From the human T2T-CHM13v2.0 reference genome, Homo sapiens, in assembly GCF_009914755.1 (NCBI RefSeq), contig NC_060934.1: a stretch of 64,000 nt of DNA; one strand, written 5' to 3'. Shown here in pieces: positions 40,513 to 55,410 of the stretch (position 1 is its first letter; every line of letters starts with the position of its first letter). Made by a program: the position numbers and the translations under genes. Under the pieces are notes generated by a model, which made no database searches, was not told the origin of the DNA, and was given only the letters and a program-made list of their open reading frames with translations.

Positions 40513-41629
40513 AATGTGAAGAATGTGGAACCCTAATTCCAGACTTAACATTTCTGTAATATTAGATTTTAATCCAATCAAATCATATAAAAATTATTTG
40601 AACTTTTTACGATGTGCCAAATACTTGTTTGCAAGATGAAGATAAAATAAAGTAAACATGGCACTCTTTTGCCCTCAAAAAGAACCCAATATAAGTGAGG
40701 CATGAATGCACGTGAATGGTGTCACAAATCTGTGTGTGTGATTAATTGCCAAATACTCAGAAAATAAATACCTTCAAAGGAGAAGGGACTATGAAAATTA
40801 GTGAAGGATGAGCAAATTAGTTTAATTTAGAAGTTTATACATAGAGACATATTTTAGGAGTTACAGTTTAAGCAGAAATAGAATGAGGGAAAGTATATTT
40901 TAGACCCCCTGGAGATTAATTAAACAAGAGTATTTACAATAGGCCAATATATTTAAGGAACAATGAGTTGGTCCTTTTTGATAGAGCAGACTACTTGTGC
41001 TTTGAAAAATACAGGAAAACACAAAGCTTGCACCCTGAGTGAATGGTGAAACTGGGGACTGGAGGCAGGTTTGAGCACAGTGTAAAGGAGAATTGCCCAG
41101 TGAAAGAAGGGTCAGCCTAGGGTCTCAAGGAGCTGCCCAGCGGAGACGTTGGCACAGTGAAGTCTTACTTTGGGTGGGAGGCTAATAGATGATTTTTTTG
41201 ATGACATTCTAACATTCAGCTTCATGGCTCTGCTGTGTTTGTCTTGGTGAGCCAAGAGGAGGCTGTCCAACTGAAGATAACAAAGAGATAATTTCTGGCC
41301 TCTGCCCTGCCAGATGTTCAAAGTGTAACTATCAGCAAGTTCCTCTCCCCATGTCAGGATCTGACTCACTCCTCAGGATCTCTCTCATAGACTGGTTGTG
41401 AGAATTCAAAGAGCTAATTCCCTTTTCAAGTACCTTATAAGTTGTCTACGGCTATGTAAATGACAGAGTAAGGAAAACAAGACAAATTTGATAACAGCTG
41501 AGAATCAATTTTGAGAACAAAGCAGAACACAAATCCAACATTCAATCCCATTGCCCTTTCTTTCCCATCTAGCCTCAACCCTATCAATACCTCCAAGTGA
41601 AGACATCTCTCTCTAGTCTCCCTCTCCAT

Positions 41630-41820
41630 TTGTGCTAGGAAGTGTGAAGTACTTTATATGCATCATTTCAGTTAGCTGGCACAGCTTCTTCATGAAGTAG
41701 GCTTTAGTTGCATCCCACGTTATAGATCAGAAAACAAATGTCCAAGGCCACCAAGTCTGTAATAAGCCAAGCCAGTCCAACCTAACACAGATTTATTTGA
41801 TGCCAAAGTCTGTGCCACAG
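41630..41820 (-). mobile_element. MIR SINE fragment
   Basis: actttatatgcatcatttc...catcccacgttatagatcagaaaac...tccaaggccacc. Confidence 0.65.
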
Positions 41821-43183
41821 ATCACTTTTCCAGTGAGTCATCAAGGTTATCCCACAGAGATCCTGAGGGCAGGGGCCAACTGCCCAAATACTGCTCCTTA
41901 AGACCTGGCTTTAGGGCAACCAGGGCTTCCCACTGCTATCACCTTCCCTTGAGTTATTCTTATGGCCTCCAAGGGGCCTGAATTTACCTTCTTAGTTAAC
42001 AATATGTCCATTTGAATAATTAGACTAGAATGTCTCACTGCCATTGAGAAAAGAGAAGCACATATTAAATGACCCTGTGCTTATTACTGGCATGTTATGA
42101 TGCCATGGAAATAGACATGATAGAATGTCCCTGAGAGCAGCTTCCAGCTGCAGCTAAGCCACTAACCTGCCATGTTCCTTCAGGCAAATAGTTAACTATT
42201 TGGGGCATTATAAAATTAGATGATGTATATGGAATAGACTTATGAGCTCTAATGCACTAAAATCCTAATTATTGTTTTTTTAACAGCAGCTGTGGTATAA
42301 TGCAATAGTATAGATTAGGCTTGAATTAAAGTCACAGGGATGCCACTTCAAACAATGGGATGTTACGCAAATAAATTATATTTTCTGACCCTCAGTTTTT
42401 TAATTCTATTAAAAAGGATATAAAATACTCTTTTTACAGTGATGCTATAAAGATAATGGAAAATTTGCTTTAAACTGTACTCTACAAATCATTTTAATAT
42501 ATTCTAGAATTGGTTACTCTTAGTAGTTAATACATATTATTTTTTGAAATTATATTAGAAAAATAAACACATTGTTAGGGTTTAACTTGTCAAATGCTTT
42601 CAATTCTTTGGGAGGCTTTTAAGTACTCCTGTTTAAACAAATTAAATTTTTTTACAAGGGCTAATCCAAGGGCTAGAGAAGACATACAGCCTGAGATGTA
42701 AAACCCCATTGTAGTGATGCAAGTGTTAACAAGACTCAAAGAAGAGATTATATTAGTGACACAGTCCTCACTGAACAAGGGCTAGGCCAGCCCCTGTAGT
42801 TTCCCTTGGCAGGAAGCCCTAGATCTGTTTTAATCGGTCATGGCCTCTTGGCCCTTGGAAGAGCAGCTACAGAAGCTTCTTGCTGTGAGGGGTTCATATA
42901 AAGTGAGTTCTTGGAGCAAGATCAAGACCTTCTTGCAATCTGTGTTGCTTTCTCCTTTGATATTTAGCTTGAACTAGAAGTTTGCTCAATGGAGTGGCCT
43001 AGAAGCCCCTGCCCTGCATAGAGTGAATTGAAGGTGTCTTATCACTTGCCTGAAGTCTTCAGAACTTCCTGACTCCAGAAAAATAATGAGATTCACATCA
43101 TTTTGAAAGGAAAGAAGTATTCTAAGAGAAAGCAGGTGGATCCCCACTGAAGAATACAGTATATGGCTTATCTTTCAAAAATG

Positions 43184-43669
43184 TGATAGTGGCAGAAGGC
43201 AGACAAATCCTAGGCAGACAGGAGCAGGTCCCTAGTGAAACCCCACCTTCAAACCAAAGACAGTTTAAAGCTGAAAAGCTAGGCTACAAGTCTCAGATAA
43301 ATCTACAGACTGGATTGAGAAACTCTCTTCCTGTTTGGCATGGTTTCCTCTGATTGGTCCCTACCCTTCACCTATTTTGCATATACCTAACCTTCCCTAA
43401 TTGTTTTTTTACACTGTTGTGCCCACCTTTGAGTGGTGCTTTTGTTTTTGCATATTCCCAAACCAATCAGCATGCACTCCCTATTCTGAGCCCATAAAAG
43501 TCCCTGGTGACCACAGGATCTCCGCTGGAGTGCAAGCCAAGCACAGCCCAGCGGGACAAATGGGGAGGGGAAGTCCTGCAGCAAAGCTGGGGCCAAGCAA
43601 GGACAGGACAGGGGCGTCGCTGGCCAGAGGTCTCCGACTGGCAAAGTGGCTGAGAAAAATCCTGCATCA
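43184..43669 (+). mobile_element. ERV1 solo LTR (LTR27/LTR28-like), probably internally deleted
   Basis: tgatagtggcagaaggcagacaaatcctaggcag...gaaaaatcctgcatca; perfect TSD AATG. Confidence 0.7.
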
Positions 43670-44186
43670 AATGGTTACTAGGTATCCTTTGTCAATCTCT
43701 GTGTTTTATGTTTCCCTGTATAATGGCCTGCTTACTTCCTCTCACATTTGCATTCTGGTCTTTCTTCTTGCAGCTGGGGCCATGAGTACAGCCTACAAAC
43801 ACATGTTCTGTAAGATTTAAGGACCAGAGGATAAAGGGTTCAGAACAACTCTTTAGGGTTCAAGTGATAGAAATCCAAATCACACTGATAGGATTTGTGT
43901 GGTAGGCTGAATAATGCTGTGAGCCCTACCAAAGATGCCCATGTCTTAATTCCTACAAACCTGTTATCTTATGTGGTAAAAGGTATGTTGCAAATATGAT
44001 TAATTGAAGGATCATGACATGAGGAGATTATTCTGGATTAACCAAGAGGCCCAAAGCAATCTTAAGGTCTTTATAAGGAGACAGAAAGGCCAGAGACAGA
44101 ACAAGAAAAAACGTTACACTGATGGCTTTAAGAAGGGGCCATGATGAAATAAATGTGGGCAATCTCCAGAAGCAGAGAAAAGCAAA

Positions 44187-44767
44187 TGTAGGGGACCAAG
44201 ACCCTTCCCCAATAAAGGTTCACTGAAAAATCACTGACTTGAGGCAGATTGATTAATAGAAGGAAAGACATGTACATTTATTTAATATGTATACACAGGA
44301 GTCTTGAGAATGATGACCCAACCTCCCAATGAGGCACAGAATCTTATATACCATCTTAAAGTAGTACAGAAAGGATGTTGGCTCAGAGCATGGCTGAAAA
44401 CAGGTTACACTGGTAAATCAGTTTTAGTGGCAAGACAAGTTATGGGAAGGAGAAAAGAAGAGGCTTGGCTAGCAGAGAGGGTCTTATTATGTAGGTGAAG
44501 CCTCACAAGTAGCAGCCCTCAGACAGAATAAATGCTAAATATTGATTTCAGATCTTTAAAGGTGTCAGACTCACAGTTCAACTCTCCTAGATTCAGGAAA
44601 TGCCTAAAAAATGAGGCATGGATGTATTAATGAAAATTCTCTATAGACGCAAATTTTCCTCTACCAAAGGCAGCTTCGCAGGGCCACCTCATTTTGCTGG
44701 TACTGCAATAGCCATTTTAAAATATGTGAAAGAAATATATTTGGGGAAAATAGTTTGATTCCCTTCA
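44187..44767 (-). mobile_element. MER39/LTR29-like ERV1 solo LTR
   Basis: Reverse complement starts tgaagggaatcaaactattttccccaaatatatttctttcacatatttt; perfect TSD CAAA. Confidence 0.75.
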
Positions 44768-44877
44768 CAAAGAAACAGATTTTTTCAAGAGCCCCCACAA
44801 GGAACCAACTCTGCCAACAGCTTGACTTCAGCTTGAAATCAGACTTCTGATCGCCAGAGCTATAGAAAGTAAACTGG

Positions 44878-45231
<354 letters not shown>

Positions 45232-45324
45232 CTAAGTTCTTGGTAATTTGTTACAGCGGCAATCAGAAACTGATATACTAACTGGAAAAGGGAGATTTAT
45301 GTGCTCACATAACTGAAAGCTGTT

Positions 45325-46309
45325 TGTTACATCAGGTAACTAGTCAGGCTTGAGCGGGGCTCCCCCTAGGGTGTAGTGGGTACTAGGAATGTCAGGTGAT
45401 GGGCAGGTGGTTGTCACACTGCCTCTCTAAAATAAGAATTAGTTGCAGCTAGCGCCAACATAAAGCAGTTCCCCAATAGATAAACACACATGAAATAGGT
45501 AATTGGCAGCTATCAGGAATTGGGTGAGTGGCCTCAAGCTTGTGCATTAAGAGGCAAAATAGTGGAGTATAACTTTCCAGGAGCATTCCACCGGAAAAGG
45601 GAAGAATGCCTCAGGTGAGCACGCATGCAACTCCAGTAAACACACTCGGCAGGCTCACCTCCCAGGCACTAGTAGGCCACCGCACATGTGGGTGGCTCAC
45701 CCTAAAGGAAGAATCAAGGGAAAAGTACAAAACAGTGGAAGTCAGTCACATATAAAATCCGAGGTTCAAGGTCAAATGGGGCACTTAATTTCCAAGATGC
45801 CTGCTTGGGCCTCTTCCAAGTGTTCTTTCCTTTCTTTCATTCCTTCTCTAAAGCTTTCTAATAAATGTCCACTCCTGCTCTGCTCTGACACATGCCTAAG
45901 TGGTTTTTTTTTTTTTTTTTTTTAGATGGAGCCTCATTCTGTTGCCTGGCTGGAGGGCACGGGCACAATCTTGGCTCACTCTGCCTCCCGGGTTCTCCTG
46001 CCTCAGCCTCCCGAGTAGCTGGGACTACAGGTGCGCCACAACCACTCCCAGCTAATTTTTGTATTTTTAGTAGAGACAGCATTTCACCATGTTGGCCAGG
46101 ATGGTCTCAATCTTTTGACCTTGTGATCCACCTGCCTTGGACTCCCAAAGTGCTGGGATTACAGATGTAAGCCACCACACCTGGCCCAGTCTCTTTTTCT
46201 ACCTTATGCCCCTCAGTAGAATTCTTTTTTCTGAGGAGGCAAGAACTGAGGTAGCTGCAGACCTATACAGATTCACCACAGGTAAAGTGAATAACTTCCA
46301 CCACTAACA
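45325..46309 (+). mobile_element. MER50 solo LTR (ERV1), split by an Alu
   Basis: aggaatgtcaggtgatgg...ctctctaaaataa...aagaggcaaaat...aactccagtaaacacac...ctaaca. Confidence 0.8.
45904..46186 (-). mobile_element. AluS SINE with small internal deletions
   Basis: T-tail, agatggagcctc...cctcagcctcccgagtagctgggactacagg...cccaaagtgctgggattaca. Confidence 0.93.
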
Positions 46310-47801
46310 CCATGAGTACCTTGTTCAGGTATGGCTGGATTCAAATTTGCACAAGATATCGCCAAAAAGCTTTCTCTGTATCTTAATTCTGTTTTCTCTG
46401 ACAGGCATTCTCCACAGAGAAGCCTAGAACCTCTACGATGACTTTCTTATAAACGTAAGCCCTCTGTAAATGTAATGTTTCTTTCTTTGCAACATGTACA
46501 AAAGGCCTAATAACAATTTTAATTGACCAAATTTCAGTCATGTGTCCATTTATCACTGTGGAGGAGGAGGGTTTGATATGGTAATTGTGAGTTCTGGGTC
46601 ACATGCACACTTCTGAATCTGAAGAGAGATGGGTTCAACCCACTGAAACCACAGGATCTCAAGGCAGGAATAGTTTCCTAGGAATATTAGGGTGCTGATA
46701 TCAGAAGAATGGAGTATGGCAATACAAAGTGGGCAAAATCCACCCAAGCCACTACTATCAGCCTGTGGCCAGCCTTGTGTGTCACTGATCTCTCTGATAG
46801 TAGAAAAAGTCAGTGTGTTATGACGATAAATTTCTCTCTAATTCAATAGTCTGAGGCAGGTGTTCCTGCTTGGGTAGATTTTTCTTTGTTTGTCGTTGAT
46901 GTAAAACACTCATCTCCAGGTGGCATCTCAGGTTATTGGGTGACTTCCATATTGTGGCTCTACTGCCCAAGTCCACAGAGTTCTTTCCTATCAGACAATA
47001 GATGGTTTTGTCTGATAGGACAAGAGTTTTGACAAAGATATGTATCAAGAGTTAGTTCCTCATGAGATATGTATCTCCTAAATTCCCAGCAATAAATAAC
47101 AATCTTCCTTTAGCCCTTCCAATGAAACATCTTGGAAAGTTCTAAAATCTAGTCAGTACATGTATGGTTGTACAAATTATGCCATTTGTTTATGAATGTT
47201 TAAATGACAGTAATTCACTCTGGCCAGATGCTCTGCAATTACAAGCATATTACAGAATATACTTTACCATATCACAGTTGTGTCCTTATACATGGTCCAG
47301 CTCCTAGTATAAAACAAATTATTCTCCAGCCTGAGCAGATCTCACAGCCTCATACTACAGGAAACTGAAGGGTCATGAAAAAGTAAATGAAAATCAGGTG
47401 ATGACAGAAAAAATAGGGGAAGTGCAAGAAGTAAATGGAAGAGGGACATTAACGGGGCCTTGAAAAGAGCATGCATTTTCATTAATAATTTTTGATGCGC
47501 CAGCATGCTGTTATTGAGCTAATGGAATTCCTTGGATATGTGGTTTACGGACAATACTGTGCAGCGACATTTGTAAAACAACTCAAGACAGTGGGTACTG
47601 AGTGGCAAAAGGTAGGTACTGATTCTCAGAGGTTAGGACTTCTGCAGAGGGAGAGATCCTTCCACAGAACTTAGAGGAAGTGCCCACTAGAGAACTTAGA
47701 GGAAGATTCCTGGGGAAGTGAACACTGAGTGGAGCGTCAAAGGATGGGGAGAATATAAGAAATAGAGTCAAGGATGGAGGGATATTTAGATAGGAATAAT
47801 A

Positions 47802-48115
47802 GGCCAGGCATGGTATAGCTCATGCTTGTAATCTCAGCATTTGTGGGAGGTCAAGGCAGGAAGATCCCTTGAACCCAGGAGTTTCAGACCAGTCTGGGTA
47901 ACAAATAACACAAAATGAACAAAATTAGCTGGACATGGTGGCGTGTACCTATAGTCCCAGCTACTCAGGAGGTTGAGGTGGGAGGATCACTTGAGCCTGG
48001 GAATTTGAATCTGCAATGAGGCAATGAGAGTGAGCTGAGATTGCCCCACTGCACTCCAGACTGGGTGACAGGGGGAGACCCTGTCTCAAAAACAAGCAAA
48101 CAAACAAAAAAATAC
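47802..48115 (+). mobile_element. AluJ SINE
   Basis: ggccaggcatgg...gaggtgggaggatcacttgagcctggg; gcaatgag duplicated; (CAAA)n tail. Confidence 0.93.
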
Positions 48116-49164
48116 AAATAAAAGGAGGTCTAAATAACAGAATTTGTAGTATACAAGCTTAGATTGGCTGGGAGATTAAGAGTGGTGGGAGAATGAAGAA
48201 AAACAGAAAAGTAGGTGAGACAATAGAGAAAAATGATAACTAGATAAGGAATAAGGATTAAAAAAGAAAGGGAGAAGTAAAGAGAATAAAGGAGACAAAA
48301 ACCACAAACACATTTTTAGATGTTCCCAAATTTCAGATGTTCATGTCCATGTTGGTCTCAGAAATCCTGGCTCTGCCAAATAGTTGAGCACTCCTTCTGG
48401 GTTTACCAGGTGAGATGTGGGAAGACTCTCCCAAGCTGACCTGGTTGTGATGTCTCAAATCATAGTTCAGAGTGCAGTAAGATCTATCTGCAAGTCTAAG
48501 TATCATCAAGTGAAATGAGACCATTGAAACAGGGGAGGGATCTGTAAATTCATTCAGTGATTGATGGTAGAGTTTCTGTATCAGATAACATTTCCTTTGA
48601 AATTTTCTACTACTTTTTTATAGTAAAATGTCTAATATTTAAATACTGGCCATGACAGTGAAATTTTCTTCTGGCCCCAAATGAAATAAGGTAAGAGAGG
48701 GTTTTTTGCTTTGTCTGTATACTGGTTACTAATGCATTTAACAAATTGGTTACTGTTTTTGAGATTCACCTGTAGTCTAATTATCAAAATTTACATCAGT
48801 AAAACAAGACAAAACAAAGACTGTACCTATAATACATCTCCTCCATGATAACCAAACACCACAATATGGTCTTGTCAGGAGTTTTGCATTGTGGCAATTA
48901 AGCTAAAATGAAACTATGTTTCTCAGAATTCCCTCCCTGTAGGCTCTGTGTTAGGATTATTCACAAAAGAAGTTGCGTATGATTTGGAAGACAGATATAA
49001 AGGAATAGTGATGTTTACACTCGGAAATCTGTGTGAAGTCAGGCAATATTGCAGTTCATGTACACTGTTACAGATCTGCTGGTTCAATATGAAGAGAAAG
49101 ACTCTCAAACTATACAAGGGTATTTGGGATTTTAACCATATGGGTGGTTGAACCACGTAGTATA

Positions 49165-49730
49165 GGAATTCATTTATTCATTTATGCACTGTCTGAGTTA
49201 AATAATTTTTACTGAGTACCTATTCAGTGAAAGACACTGTGTTCGGTTCTCATGGGAAGAAGGGGAAGAGTACCAGGACATCCTTGACACAGTTCCTGGC
49301 TTCATGTTCCTTACCATCCAACAGAAGAGAAAAATGAACGTCCCTGGAACAAAATGATAAATACGCGGTCTAAGTCTTATGAAACATACAGACCATGAAG
49401 TACAAGATTTCATTATTGGTTTTTTTCTTGCAATTAATTTGTATGAAGAACCCACCATATGCCTGTTGCTGTCTCACAGGTCTGGGCTCCTAAGGGTGTG
49501 AATCTATGGAAGGCAGGACAGTCACCTTCAAATTGCCGAGATGCTATGAGGTGATGAAGCAAAGCCTCCGTCTGAGTGAAGCTCCCTGAAAAGGGAACAT
49601 GTGAACTGGGGAAGGATTTTGATAGGCAAAAGTGGAAGAGAGAACACCTCAAATAGAAGGACTGACCAAAGTAAAGGTTAAGTGTAAGACAGGGCTATGC
49701 ACAGTACGAGCTGAAAGCAGAAGAGGCAAA
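49165..49730 (-). mobile_element. L2 LINE 3' end
   Basis: attcatttattcattt...tttactgagtaccta...gacactgtg...cctggcttcatgttccttaccatc. Confidence 0.65.
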
Positions 49731-49737
49731 AACTGTA

Positions 49738-50122
49738 CATGTGGAATCTAAAAAAGTCATAGAAGCAGAGAGTAGAATGATGGTTACTAGGAACTAGAAG
49801 GAAGGAGGAATAGGGAGGTGTAGGTCAAAGATTATAAACTTTTAATAATAAGATGAGTTATGATGCAGGGAGCTTATAGCATGGTGATTGTAGTTAATAA
49901 AACTGTTTTGTTTACTTGAAATTTGTCAAGAGAATGGATTTTAAGTGTTCTTACCACTACACACATACATAACATGGTAATTGCGGTAATGGATGTATTA
50001 ACTAATTTGATTGTGATGATCATTTTATAATGTATAAGTATCCCAAATCACCCCATTGTACTCCTTGAATATATAAAATTTTTATTTGTCAACTGCACCT
50101 ACATAAAGCTGAAAAAAAATAG
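49738..50122 (+). mobile_element. L1MA (MA8/9-like) 3' end
   Basis: catgtggaatctaaaaaagtc...agagtagaatgatggttactagg...ttttaagtgttcttaccac...aattttatttgtcaa. Confidence 0.85.
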
Positions 50123-51051
50123 AAGATTTAAAATATAGCAGCAAGAAAAGGAGATTGGGGTAAGAAAATGAGGGGGCATTAAGGTCCCGGTTTTTGCCTT
50201 TACAAAGTGATTTCAGTTGATGTTCTTCTATATGTTTAATAATGACATTTTAATAGTCTTAGGAACCCTATGTGATTTGATCTAGGTAATGACTCTCAGT
50301 AAGGTTTGATCTAAATAATGACTCACCCTCAGGCTCCTAGACTGGCCAGTGGAAAATAGTTCCTCATTTACTTCAGTGCCTTGAAGCCAAACTGTCTCCT
50401 CCCAGGATAGGAGACTTTTCTGCAGGGAGACAATTGTTTAGGATCTCACATTAACTCCATATGTCTGGGCCACATTTGAATGAGGAAAGGCAGAAAGAAG
50501 TACAATTTCTGCGATGAGTACAAGACTTTGTTATGAACCAACAGGAATGAAGGAAAAAGTCCTGCTGCATCTCCTTTCAAAAGATGAGACTGTCTGTTTT
50601 CTCTCAATTTGGCCAGTCTGTAGATGGGTACATGTCCTTGTCTGGGTAAGTTGTTCTTGAGAGCGTTTACAAATTCTCCATCCTATCACATTTTAATTCA
50701 AAACCTGATTAACTCAGCTAATTTGCTCTCAGTGGTAAGACAGGAAAATTCTAAAACCCTAACTTTAATATATAAATTCACAATAGTGATCATTAATCTC
50801 AGAAACTACCAACTCAGGAAAAAATAACATCATAAGGAGACAAGCTTCTAAATAATATTTTTCTTCTTTTGTTTTATTGAATATTGAGTATAAACTTTTG
50901 GGGAGAAAATCTGAACATAAAGATCAACTTGAAAATGAACATAAAATCATGCACAGTTCCTCCACCTAAAAATAACATCCATAGACATTTTTGTGTAGAT
51001 GAGTTACTGTAACATCTATCTATACACATATTTCCTAATAAAAATACTTGA

Positions 51052-51371
<320 letters not shown>

Positions 51372-53186
51372 TATTTCTAACTTTTTTAACAGATTAAAAT
51401 TGACATATTACCACATTAATGACTTTACTTCTACAGAATTGGGCATGCATTCAAATAAATTAAGTTTAAATATGAACTGTCAGATAAATAGGATAGTTTC
51501 ACACTTTGAAAGCTGCAGCAGGTTAGGTGGCAATAGTGCCTCACTCAGCTTGACTTATTTCTCCACATCTCCCTGGGATAACGGCATCAAGAAGTCTTTC
51601 CTCGGGTATAACAACCCTATTTTAATGACACAACCTCTGATGAGCAATAGCTTTCATCATTTTCAGAAAAAGATAGAGACAAACAAATGACAAGCAAATG
51701 TCTGAGACAAACAAATGACAAACAAAGAACAAAAAGGAATGAAACTCAAGTAACTTTAAACAGCAAACTCCTGGAGGAATAAAGGGGATGCCAGATAAGA
51801 AACAAATCCTTTTATTGCACTATTATCTTTCTTAAATGTAGTTGCTCTCTTCATGAATACTCTCTTTGTCTGGGGACATTAGAAGAAGAACCACAGCTCT
51901 AAAAGGCTGGCTGCCAGAGAGATTATTAGAGGGAACATTGCTGGTGCTAGACATTAACTTCGCACTCAAATAGCCCATGATTAAAAATAATGCTTAAAAT
52001 TTATGGGACTTCCTCTAGTGTGGAAGCTACCCTACTAGGCTATAGATTTTAATATCATTTGGGTTTTGCTTTATATGAGAGTAATAGCTACATTCCTGCA
52101 AAGTTGGGGGTGATTTAGATTTTGAAAACTGAATTCTATTTAAAATGCACTGTGATAACTCAATCTTTGAAGGAACCCTGCAGTCTTTGATTCTGTGAAT
52201 AACCATGACTCTGAAAACCTTGTTGAATTATTTTTGCAAGTTCAGATTTTCATATCTCTGAAGAGGAGTCAATGGTTTTATCTCAGGTCAATTTTGTTTA
52301 TTAATATTTATGGGACTCTTTGTTTTAAATGGTGAATCTTTGTTTCTTTTTGCCGGATACTAGGTTGATTTCCTGAAATGTGATTATTTTCAGTTGGCTT
52401 CTTTATTAGTGTCATGCTGAATGTTTCATATATGAAAAATATTATGGTATATTATATTTGAGGAAAGTGGAGGAAAAATGGGCTAATTAACACATAATAT
52501 TTATCATGGCCTGAGAACAGAACAAAAACTCTGTTATAATTACAGTAGAATTACCCTATTTCTAGTAATAGAATTACTCCTCTTCCAGAAGAAGAGGAGA
52601 TGTTCATATAAAAAATACATCAGGGACACTTGCAGGGGGTTAAGAACTGACTATGCAAAGGCATGCACTGAAGTCATTGACATTTACATTATATTTGCTT
52701 CTGGTGGAAAAATAGGATAAATTTAAAAGAATAAAAAGGATAAAAAAAGAATGCAAGTCTTTCAGCGAAGATAATTTATTTGTTAAATTAGCTATTTATA
52801 AACTGGCAGTCACATTTATCTGTAGAACAAACTTTAAAACAGAGGAAACAATTTTAGTTTTACTTTACTATTAGTTTGGAATTGTGCTACCATAAGTATC
52901 AGATTTCCACTGAAATGGGTTTCATTTTCCACCCTCCCATTATGAAAAATGTAAAGTATACATAAGAGCATGAAGTTCTAACAAAGCCTGCTTCATTATG
53001 CTTCCACATTCAATTCATGCAACTACTAAATTCTCCCAGGAAATGTTCTCAAGATACTATGGTCCACATCCATCATTATGTGCTGAAAAAGCAGGAAATA
53101 TGCCTATTAAAGAAAACATTCGTGTGGACAATACATTCCCCAGCAGCAATACTTATAATAACACCGCCCCCACCGCCACCATCCCT

Positions 53187-53187
<1 letters not shown>

Positions 53188-53235
<48 letters not shown>
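53188..53235 (+). repeat. Pure (AC)24 microsatellite
   Basis: Read directly. Confidence 0.97.
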
Positions 53236-53237
<2 letters not shown>

Positions 53238-54589
53238 CAGCTGCATTCAAGAAGAAAAAGATGAGCTGCTGGCTAAGAGTCGGTTGCAGTTGTGCCCAAG
53301 GTCATGTGTCCTTCCTTCCTTTCTGCATGATTTGCATTGTCAGCTACCAGAGGAAGACAAGAGCTGGTAGCAGCAGGCTTTTTATGTTAGTGTGAGACAC
53401 TAACATGCACCCAGCTGACATGTTTGAAGCTAAACCTGCATCCAGATCGATTGTGAGTCTTCCCTGACCCCCCCAGCCTATGTGAAATCCCTTAATGCTG
53501 TGCTTCTCTCCTTTAACACACTCATAACGGTAACAAATGTACATTTAGTATTATGAATATTCTATTACTTCTGTCTCCAGTCTATCCTATAAGCTCTGTG
53601 AGTTTAGGGATCTTGTATTTTGTTCACCTTTGTGAACCCTGTCAGTCAGAGGACTGATAGGGGCTGTAAAGGCAAATGCTGGGAATAATCAATTGCTTCA
53701 AGACAAGAGAGCTTGGACTCTGAGAGTCTAGCATGAAGACAGGGTCAGAACAGAGCAGGGGGTCTATACCAGGTCCTCAAACAGGACAGCTGACTGAACA
53801 TTTTAGCCTAGAAGCTGGGCAGACCTAACCCCAGGAAAAAAACAATGCCCAACCTTCAGGGGCATGGGCTGCCTAGAACCTAATATTATGGCAGAATTTG
53901 AGCATCGCTGTGATTTGAGATTCATTGTATCTTAAATGCTCTATACGTCAAACAAAGTTTTAAATTGACGAACAAACTGTATATATTCATGGAATTGTGT
54001 ATTTGATATCCCTTACTGAATAATCATTGCCAAATACAAGTATGGGCATCAAGAGGATAGGCTGGTAGACTGATGTGATATTGAAAAGCTTTGATTACAG
54101 AAGTATTACCCAGGGTAATACAATGTCCTTTTCATATTCAGCCTCAACAGATGTGTCCAGTAAAATGAAATAGAAGCCATGGAAGCTGCTCAGGGCTTAC
54201 TCTGCTCTGGCTTCCTTGGGTTCATGGGGCAGAGAAACCCCTAGAGATGACTTTATGACTTTAATATCTTCTATTGATATGTCTTCTTTTTTAAGAGAAA
54301 GTTAAAGGGTTGAGACAGGGAGGTAGTGAGGAAAAATAATTTTATGTCTGCTTACATGGAACATCATTCTGCACATATTATATGTATTTATTCTGAGCAA
54401 GCTGCCAATAGACATTAAAGAAAGATCTGCTTATCATGTTATGAAGAAAGAGAAAAGCATGAAGGAAAAACAAAAAGGAACAAGGCTCTCCCTCTGCACC
54501 ATGTGCGTAATGAGGATAGAGATGAAGGGACTTAGCCTTCAGCCTGTACCTGTCCACCTCCAGTGTTCTCACTCAGTGAAATGAGTACT

Positions 54590-55410
54590 ACAGTGGGCAA
54601 AAGATGTTAATCAACATCTTATCAAAGAGAAACAAATAGCCAATACACCTATGAAAAAGTACTTAAAGTTATATTAGTCTTTAGAAAAAAGTGAGTATTA
54701 AAATCACAATGAGATACTGCTTCACATGGACAATAATGGTTAAAATAAAAAGACATCTGTGTTGAAGATGACGTGGAAAAACTGGAAACGTCTTGTCAAA
54801 ATGTAAAATAGTGCAGCCATTTTGGTAGTCTCTTAAAAATTTAAATATTAACTTACCATATTACTCAGCAATTTTCCTCTCGATATCACTCTAAGAGAAA
54901 TGAAATCTTACGTTTTCATGAAGATTTCTACATGAATGTTCACAACTACATTATTCCAAATAGCCTAAAAGTGGAAGTAATGCAAATGGCCATCAATTGA
55001 TGAATGCATAAAGTGTGATGTATCTATAAGGTAGAATGCTACTCAGCAATAACAAGAAATAAAAGGCTTATAGAAGAACAATACAGATCAATCTCAAAAA
55101 AAGCTGCTGTAACTGATTGAAGCCAGATGCAAAAGAGCTCTTATTTTAAGAGGACATGCATATAGAACATCCATAAAAAGAGGCATCTGTAGAGACAAAA
55201 TGTAAACAGTGGTTATCTGGGGCCAATGCTGACAATGGACACTGAATGCAAAAAGGTATTAAGGATCTTTTTGGGATGATAGAAATGTTCTAAAATGGAA
55301 TTGTGGTGAAACTAACAGAGCTCTTCAAATTTTTTAAAAAATGATTGAATTGTACCTTATAAATGGGAGTATTTTATGGAATGAAAATTATAGTTTAAAA
55401 AGCATAAGAT
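54590..55410 (+). mobile_element. Old L1 (L1ME/MC4-like) 3' end
   Basis: gtgggcaaaagatgttaa; aaaatcacaatgagatac; cttaccatattactcagcaatt; ggatgatagaaatgttctaaaa. Confidence 0.8.

Noticed and set aside
46910-46930. CTCF-like ctccaggtggcatc
   Set aside because: The 5' CCAC/CCAG core positions mismatch; equally explained as a chance E-box.
52998-53370. HT-repeat ORFs (also at 21608)
   Set aside because: Translations of (CA)n microsatellites.
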